From the NCBI GenBank assembly GCA_951406725.2, contig OX597815.1:96844001-96908000 (forward strand): a stretch of DNA of 64,000 nt, given 5' to 3'. A program made the translations under genes and the position numbers. This document shows, in pieces, positions 54,807 through 64,000 of this stretch. The notes beneath the pieces were generated by a model, which was not told the origin of the DNA, did no database searches, and was given only the letters and a program-made list of their open reading frames with translations. This stretch comes from Octopus vulgaris. Taxonomy: Eukaryota. The first letter of the stretch is position 1. The number at the start of each line of letters is the position of its first letter.

Positions 54807-55846
54807 CTAGCTTTATGACCCGTCATTGCCGGATCATAGTGCTAGTGCATGTATATATGTGTATATAGATATGTACATATTATATGTACATCTATATATA
54901 TAAATCTACATATAAAATACAAAATGCAAAGTTATATCTTGATATCGCTAGTGATAACAATACTCAATATATATAACTGACTGGAATTGTGAGCCCGTCT
55001 CTTGCAATTTCGATCAATTCTATCTTGTCCTCCCTCTTGTATAGAAGTGTGGCTACAATCCAGTCTACCTCAACTTCTGGGGTGCGGTGGCACTTTAAAT
55101 TTTTATCCGGTACGTCCTACGTCCCAGATATAAAGGTAAAAATATAATATTTCCACTTTGCAAGTTCGAGTCGAGTACTCCCTTGAACGCTCTGTTGACT
55201 CGAACCTTGCTTCTATTGTGGCGAATTTACCGCCTCTGGTTAGATAACTTTCATAATCGCACCAAGACACTTTTCAACGGTGCTTTCCTCCAGGTGTTCA
55301 AATCTTCTTTTTTCTCTACATTGCGTACTTTATAGACAATAGTCTTTTCTTTAATTTAATTTTTTATTATCCATCTGGACTATTCCATTTCTGCACCCTA
55401 ATTTTATTTTTAATTTATTCCCATTCATGTGAAACCACTTATTCAAGTTCAAGTCATTGATGCAATTTTATACAAATTGCTATTTTTATTTTTGTTATGT
55501 TACGATTATATTATACTTTAGTTTGATTTTAATTATTACGTACTACATATAATTCAATTGTTATTATTATTTTTATTGTTAATTGAAAGTATCTGACATA
55601 TAATAGAGAAATGTTTTTGTTTCCCTTTTAACACGTAATACTGAAATAGTGGAGAAGATATGATATTGATAAGGGCTCGCTCTAGGCAAGAAGTTGAACA
55701 TGTTTTTGCCCATGAAACTACATGGACCCTAAGTAAGGCATGTGTAAAATTTGAATGAAATTGGTTGTGTAGTTCTCAAGTTTTAGGGAATCGTAGTGGA
55801 GAAGATATGATATTGCTGTGGGAATGTATATATATATATATATAGA
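54807..55846 (-). mobile_element. Non-autonomous Helitron (minus strand)
   Basis: Minus 3' end CTAG|T at 54807-54810 with adjacent hairpin TATGACCCG...CGGATCATA. Minus 5' end A|TCTATATA at 55846. Internal AACCAATTTCATTCAAATTTTACAC resembles the 5' region of the 46977 Helitron. Confidence 0.7.
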
Positions 55847-55852
55847 TAAGAA

Positions 55853-55915
<63 letters not shown>

Positions 55916-58900
55916 CTGTGTATATAAACATATGTGTATATAAACACACCATAGACAAACACATATATCGAACTATTAACCATGAAAATGGACATTCTTA
56001 TTCATTCGCATACGAAGGAGCTTCCTTAGCATGGGCGAAACCACATATTTTATGTTCCTGGCTTGTATCTTGGTAAATGCAATTTTCCATAGGTTCGGGT
56101 CGACCGATATGAAAAGGATTTTTGGGTGACGTATTGTATCTGCAGTTAAATTGCAACAGCTTTCTCACACACAACGAAATCCTTATTTCGCTCGAGTATT
56201 TTAAGTACAATATACACTTTTCTGCAGAATATTCTGCTAATTATGCGCGAATACGGTGAGCAAATATGATTCGTTTGAAAACACAACTGAATACATAACG
56301 CTGAAAATGACATTAAAAAAATCGTTTATGTATTGAAGTAAATTTATATGGGAATGGTTCGAATGAAATGCAAATAAATGTTTTTATAATTACATAAATT
56401 GACAGTTTGACATCTAAACCATTATTTACCAATATTTTGGAGAATGAATAAAATCGAAACAGACTTTAGCATGTGATGAAAAGGATTCGAAGAATCCAAA
56501 CCTGGTAGAAAAGAGGTAACTAGGTACTAATTATGTGGAGTTGAGAACGTGAATGTATTGGACTAGCATGTTAGTTCTAACACTATAAATACTTGGTAAA
56601 TTTGCTTCGACAGCTCCCCATTGGCGACAAAGACAATGAAAAGTTCTTCCAACGTCAGATTTATACATGCGTGGGGACAACAGTACTAATACAGATGTCA
56701 TTCGGAATTATTAGCGTAGACTTTAAAAAAAGCACAACCCTAATTAACATATCACCAGAATGCATGTCTCATACATACTTCTGATTTACACTAGCAATAC
56801 AAAGTAAACATTTATTAGAGATATGTTCATGAAATTATATTCAAACAATGCATTCAATCTACGAAAAAGGTTATAAGTATAATTAACAATTTTAAAATCT
56901 TCTAAAAATGTGTTTGTTAGATGTGCAAATACAATATAGTTCTAAGAGGCAGAGATCGGCTGAGGCATATTAAATATTTATTTTCCAGTTTCTAACTGTC
57001 AATTATATATTTTGAACATTTCTTGCTTGCCTTCGTCTATGAATGCCCCTTTGCTTGAAGTTATATTTGTTGTAACTTACAGCATGTGAAAAGACAAATC
57101 AGTACAATAAATGAAGGATTGTACATTGGACGCCGTGCAAATCGCTACTCGTCTGTGACATTCAACGGACACATTTCGATATCTTGTTATTCTTATAACC
57201 CTTATATGTAACTCTATATGTTACAGATAATCAATTCTCGCTATTTGTTGAATGATCACTCAGTAACTGTTACACATACAAACATACTGAGTTCGCGTTT
57301 AAGAATTTTCTTAAATATTCCATTATTCTTACTTACTAGTTATCATTGGCCCCACGGTCTGAATTAAGAGTAGAGGTTAAAAGCGTTTTGCGATTACCGT
57401 GTTTTCGTAGCATCCACATCACTGAATATATTATTAGAGTGATTATCTTCGTATTATTTGCAATTTGTACTTTGCTTTTAATGACTTATCAAATGCTATA
57501 GTCTATAAGAGAAATATATATTAATATTTACATTAAGATAAAGTATTTGTCATCTATGCTTGTTTTGGCTATGCCTTGCAGTCTGTTTTATTTACTTATA
57601 AATGCATATTCTGTCGGCACAGATATGTCTTGTATGTACGACATAACAATGTGTCTGGGGAATACACTTTATAACTTCCATATTTACTGAGAATTTATAT
57701 TTCATTGGATGCCTCACCATTCAGAATATGTAAACAAGAAAGCTTTAATAACATTGTAGCTATAAACTAATTATGAGTCTAATAGAGAAATTATGTATAT
57801 TCATGCATATTCATACATAAACACAGGCCCACATACACCCGCGCAACACACACATCACACACACGGACATACACGAGCAAACACACTTATGTATATATAA
57901 TGTTAGTACTGTTGTTTCTCATTTTGTGATAATATAGTATAGTATAATGCCAACAGATTTCATTGTACATATGTACTGTGGACATTGACTCTATTCTACC
58001 AGTCAATTCTTGTTCGAAGTGTAAGTCATGGGGAAGTTCCTTGCCGTTATTTTCACTTTTCCGCTTGTTTTTCATATATTTTCTATTCAGATATTTAGCT
58101 CTATTATATTTACTGAAAAGCTCAATGACGTCTACACGAGAATTTCATATGTAATCATTTTTTCATAGAGCCAGCTGTTTTAGACGGGAATCTGCTGGAT
58201 ACTTCAGGTCTCTGGCGTGCAGCTCTTTCAATTAATGTTCATTGTCCACATTATTTGCGCGCATCTTAATGCGTGCACGTTTGAATATGCTTGGCTTTGT
58301 ATTTTACCATATGTCTGCATAAGTATTTCTTGCTATGCGTGTTCTAGCATTTTTGTATGTATATTCCATCTGATATATAGAAGAATGATCACATGTGTTA
58401 CGTTATGATATGTTATTTTCTTTATTTTCTTTCCTTTCGTCTCCTTGTTTATGAAATTCTTGCCAGATCCATTTAATTACTTCTTACTATGTCTGTTCAT
58501 ATGTATGATGGATTAGTAGAATCGTTAGAGTCAGTCAGGTCGAATTAGGATGTTCTTCCCAACTTTTTACATATCACCGGTGAAGTCAATTTACGTTTTC
58601 TTTCTGCGTTCATGAAATAAAGCACAAGTCAAGTACTGGATTCGATTATATTGATAACAGTTTTTCTTAATGCTTGTGCCATGTGCCTATGCTTATGCTA
58701 GAAATAAACATTAAGTGTGTAATAACATTCTTTGTGAAATGGTCATTTTCAATAGTACAGAAACTTAATCTGCTACAAACTACCGTTTCACTGGAGGAAA
58801 TCAGTGCGCATGGTAGTTGATATTGTGCAGCCATGTGCCGAGGCTGCAATGATTGCAGTGTTTTTCATCTTCGGCCAATGCACTCGGTATTATAGGGTGG

Positions 58901-61574
58901 AAGCTTGGCAAACGCATGCAGTTTTTTTCTTAGCTACAGAGGTTAGTTAAATATATAAATCAAGTAGTCCTTTCGAAAAATATTATACCATGTAATTTGA
59001 AGACGGTTTGGAATGTATGTTTCATATGGAGAGTGATAATGTAAAGGCCTTTGCATTTTCGTTCCATTACAGCCTGTGTAGTATTAAAGTGTGATACCGT
59101 GATTCCTATTTCTGGTTGTTTTCAGAATTCAGTATCCATTCCCACTCCATATTAGGATTCAAAGCACTTTTGTTTTATAAATTGAAACATGCTTTGCACA
59201 TTTGCAAATTATATGGAGCAAGGGTTGAAACATCGAAATAAGAATTCAGCGATTAGTTTTGACTTGTTATATAAAATCCACTGATTCGTTCAGGCTTTCA
59301 ATAAATCTGCGTATGGACGTTATTTTCTCAGTGGAAATATAACATTGGACTCAAAAAATGAAACAATCTATGGGAAGCAAACACAAAATCTTGTCACCTT
59401 TGGTTTTCTTATATCACTTATTTATCTTTTCCATTAATTATAAATGCACATTCTTTGTTGCCACATGGAATTAGTAGTACTTGACGTTTAACATTCTAGA
59501 TTTATAAATTAGATTTTTCTTAATTTATTTAATTTATGAATTTCATTTCATTGATAATATTCTTTTCATTTATTTGAAACATTATGCTTCGTTAAGTTTG
59601 ACATGTTTCATTTTAAAAGAAATACATTTTATATGACTAAAATACCGTTACATGATAAAAAAACACAAGAAATATATAACACAAATAAAATAAATATGAA
59701 TTCGCATTTAAATCCGCCTTCGTTGATCAATTACTCTTGAATTTGATGTGGAGTAGGTTAGTCATGAGTTACTGCAAAAAAAAAAGGAAACAAATAAAAC
59801 ATTTTCTCTCTCATCAAATTATAGATTTGTTCTATTGACGTCACCTATCTCACAAGTCAAGTGTGAAAATGAGCAAGCATCGATGCATCTTAAGAGCTAT
59901 CGTATGGCGATCTCAGATTTATTTTATGGATGCTCTCTGCAGGTGGCAGCTGATAGAAACACGAGAATCTGAACACGACACCTTAATGCAAATACCAATA
60001 CTCTTCCCATTATTCCAATTCATCAAGTCTGTTGCTCACTACTAATCACTAATATCAGTTAGACGCCTTCAAAGATATATTATATCAGAAGAATTCTGGT
60101 GAAGAAGAAGAAAAGAGGAAAGCAAACAGAAAGAAGAAAATATTTTGGGTCGGAAATGTAACATGCTATACTACATGTCATTTTGCTCTCTATTTTCTTT
60201 GCTTCTTTTAGTTTCCTACTCCGTGTAGGTTTTATTACAGATTTTTCTTTCAAATATATTTATGTATTTTTCTCAGATTTGTATTGATAAAAAGGAGAAG
60301 GCGGAGTGAGCGAGAATATGTGGGAAGGGGAGTTTCCAGCAGAATTATTAGCAGACCAGAATTTCAGTTTGAATATCCCAAATCGTTACACAGTTCAGTT
60401 GCAATCCACAATGGAAGCACGGAGCAGCGTCCCTGAAACTGTTATACAAAATAGCACTATTTTCGTTTACTACTAAAACAGCTTCTGCGGAGGATAAAGA
60501 AAAATGTATTTCTAATCAAGGAAAAAGAAATCATTTTTACCTAATCAGACGAGGATTAAACCATAAGACGAGGCTAAGTGAGGAGATTATGAACTTAAAA
60601 ATGAAATTCTATTCCAACATGTATCAGACTAACAACGAAACACTTTTAATTTATATGAACCTTCCGACTGTGGTATGTGAAGGAACATGAAGATACAAAG
60701 TGTCAAATCTTTGAAATAAAAATGGAAGGAAAACCAAAACGTTAGCCAACAGGGCATATTGATAAAAGACATAATGTTGAGAAATATATATATATATATA
60801 TATAGAAAACACATAATGCACGGTAATAAAAACGCAAATGACTGACATTTTAAAGGCGATTACTTGAAAGCATGAGTTCTGTGGACAGTAAACGTCAGCG
60901 ATTCATTGTGTTGAAGTAAATACAGAAATGATCGCTTAATGATTTCAATGGCAGAGAAGTGTTTTGAAAATAACATTGATAATACTTACTATAAATTATA
61001 CGAAAAACGCTGAATGGTTTGCAACGGGCGCTGCTCCGGACATTGAATTCTAGTTCAGATACAGTTCTGCGGTCATTTCGTTAGCGGCTCCCATTAAAAA
61101 AAAAAGGTGTTAATCAACGAAACAACTTTCGAAGCTACGTAAGTGATTTGAAACTTTATTTCTTGTTTTCTAGAATTTATTTTTTGATTTATTTATATTT
61201 ATTTATTAATAATTTTATTCAATCGTTTAGTTTCTTTATCCTATCGCTTGCTTGGGTTTCTCTAAAATTGTTTACACCATCATTCGTTATTTCGACTTTC
61301 ATTAATTTGTATCATAATTACTGCTGGAGATATTTCAAATATTCGTAACTTTAATTATTCAACTTATTAGCGAGATTCACAGTTATAAGATATGAAAATA
61401 TATTCTATATATAATAATATTTATATAATAACTACACAAATAGAATCGTTATAATGATACTTATTTGTAGCGTAAGATTAACCAATGCTAGTGATAAAAA
61501 GAAAAGCTTTTACTTTTAAAAATAAGCATGAGGTAGGCGATTTTGTTTTCATATGTAACAAATAATGTTTTGCA

Positions 61575-61645
<71 letters not shown>

Positions 61646-62669
61646 TGTATGTATGTATGTATGTATTTATGTATGTATGCGTGCGCTTGTGTTTGTGCTT
61701 GTATTTATATTCTTTGTGTTGGGACAGATCTGGCAGCTCTGTGTGCAGGGATTTCCCACTGGAGTCCCACATGAAAATGAGGAGTGAAATTAGCTAAAGT
61801 GTTCTTCAGAAAAATGGAGAAATCATTTTTATCAGATGAAGGCCAGAAGTTACTTTTTATGCTTGCCTCAATATATTAAGTCTACCCAAGTCTGAAACAG
61901 GCATCTTATGATAGACAGGAATATACTGAAAGGATTTTGGCACAGGCTTTGAGGCGTATATTAAACAGCATTTGACAGCATTTTACACCTATGAACAAAG
62001 CGATGTGTACATGGGCTCTCTATGTATGGAAGCTTGTCTCATGAAATATCACAGGTATTCAGCTAATAATCCCATCTGCCTTCACAATTTGAGGTCTGAA
62101 ATGTAACAATCGACAAAATCAATTTTATGATTTCACAAAAAGCACAATATTATTCTTTAGACATCATAATTTTTAATTAGAAATATTCCATTTTGAACGG
62201 AAGAGAATCTTCTTAATAACTAAGACGAAAAGTTTGTGGCTTACTGTGAAATCGAATGGCATTCTCAAACATCTAGTTAAAGGAAATGGCAAAAAAAATA
62301 TGTGCTGTTGAAATACAATATGGCTTGCACAGTCAATAATAACATTTCCAAAGACTTATTTATCATCTCTATTAAGCCACATATGTTCAAATGCCGATAT
62401 TTGTGTGTGTGCGTGGATACATATTTGCATATCTGCATGTACACACACACACACACATGTAGTTGTTCATACATATAACTACAAACATTTATATATTAGA
62501 TCATCTCATAAATAATGTTCTTTTTATAATTCCTGATGTTTTCAAATTTAAGATAAATAAAGTTCATTTTTATGTAAAATATACTTTCCTTCATTTTATA
62601 CAATGCTCTTCCATCTATCTCGTAGACCTGCAAAACCCTACTTCCAAAATTCACTTATCAGTGACGAAA

Positions 62670-63345
62670 AACACTCTGTCCTGACCTCGTCTACAGAGTC
62701 TATATTTTTTCCGTCCAAATGATTTTGAAGACTGTGGCATGAATGAACGTCCGGAGAATATGGTGGGGTGGGGCATCATTTCCTATTCAAACTGCTCCAG
62801 CCTTTGGAATGTCATTCTCGCTGTATGTGGCTGAGCATTATCCAAATGGAAGAACAGATTCGAGTACATGTTGGAAGAACATGTACATGATGGAATATCT
62901 TTCGTCTTTTGCACATCGTTTGTACATGATGGAAGAGCATCTTTCGTCTTGAAACCAAGGATGGTAGTTTTCCTTCTGGTGAAAACTTGAATGACTGGTT
63001 GGATGACAAAGTCCAAGCTTCTCTGCTAGTATCTCATCAATTACGATGGGATTTAATTCTACCAGGTTTTATACGACGTCCTTGTAGAGCTCTACAGATC
63101 TTCTAGGACGAGGCTTGTCTTCTAGGTTATAGTCTCCAGTTCGGAATTTCTGGAAACACAGTTGAGACTGGCTTAAGCTTGTTGTCTGATCTCCATATAC
63201 GACATTAATATTCTTCACACTTTCCGTTGCGTTGTTGCATTTATTGAACTCATAAAACAGAATATGGCGAATATGCTCCTTTATCATTTCCATTATAGCT
63301 TTGAAAAAATAAGTGTTAAAATCGAACTCAACTCTTCAAAATCGA
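62670..63345 (-). mobile_element. Mariner-family transposase remnant with internal deletion
   Basis: KEHIRHILFYEFNK.NNATES.KNIN.VYGD...FQKFRTGDYNLEDKPRP (HTH region), HLDNAQPHTARMT, and a PHHIFSGR segment corresponding to a frameshifted HPPYSPD motif. Confidence 0.85.
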
Positions 63346-64000
63346 GTGGATGAAGAGAGATATGTATACATATATAACTATATATTTATAGTTATATATG
63401 TATATACATGTGTGTGTATGTATGTATATATAGGGTATGTGTGTGTGTTGTGCATAAATGTAGGTGTGCTTGTATTTGCAAGTGTATATGAATGTGTGCA
63501 TATGAATGTGAAATTTCATAAAGAAGATCTCTTGTACTAGTTCAAAGGAAAGTGAGCATTTGGATTATACAACAATTCATTATTGTTACTTTCCATCAAG
63601 TTATTTTATTACGACATTTCTCTACTGGATTTCATTTTATTTCCTTTCTTCAGTATTGTATATTATTCCAGTAAACGCGTTTGTATACTTATACATGTAT
63701 ACTTATACAGAACAACAAATATTATGATAACGGCTTTGTTTTAATACCATTGTTTTCGTCAGTAAATTAGGCATATCTCGAGCAGAAATTATCTGTTAAG
63801 AACCATATTTGCTCTGACAACTTGAATCACACAGAGATATTTTAACTATGTTCACATAAACAAGGTCGTTTGTATCTGACGAACTGTTGGAAGAAGCGAC
63901 ACGAAATAAAATTTGCTGAATTAACAAATTTTAATATTTAAAAATATAAGTAATTGTTCTATAGTTATCAATTCCCATGTATTTAGTCGACTTGGAATTT

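Noticed and set aside
55648-55815. 22-bp direct repeat TAGTGGAGAAGATATGATATTG as CRISPR-like or TSD
   Set aside because: Only two copies, internal to a Helitron, in eukaryotic DNA.
59836-59843. Isolated CRE site TGACGTCA
   Set aside because: A single 8-mer is expected by chance in 64 kb, and there is no linked gene.
60277-60476. Acceptor-like site and short ORF MWEGEFPAELLADQ...
   Set aside because: No recognisable homology and no donor site; cannot be supported as an exon.
61720-62060. TAFDSILH resembling the RT KAFD motif
   Set aside because: Isolated short match among stop codons, with no other RT motifs.

Overview
AT-rich eukaryotic DNA dense in microsatellites and transposon remnants. 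The repeat repertoire and the (TA)n/(CA)n density suggest intergenic or intronic DNA of a coleoid cephalopod such as Octopus; this is an inference, not a database result. I found no host protein-coding gene I can support, and almost all ORFs in the track are microsatellite read-throughs. Recognisable content: tRNA-derived SINEs of several families (two with clear TSDs, one nested in another), LINE remnants (CR1-like, R4/Dong-like, HERO-like RLE, L1/Tx1-like), Tc1 and mariner remnants, two non-autonomous Helitrons, a MITE-like element and long palindromes. The most interesting content is Penelope-like element (PLE) material. A 5'-truncated GIY-YIG PLE at ~43666-45993 has ~285-bp inverted pseudo-LTRs, each with an apparently intact type I hammerhead ribozyme, and Asn-rich linker insertions. 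Several other hammerhead-like motifs from different families lie elsewhere, including one with an apparent G3-C8 compensatory core (~40278-40372). All alignments and translations were done by eye, so boundaries are approximate unless a TSD or terminal motif is cited.
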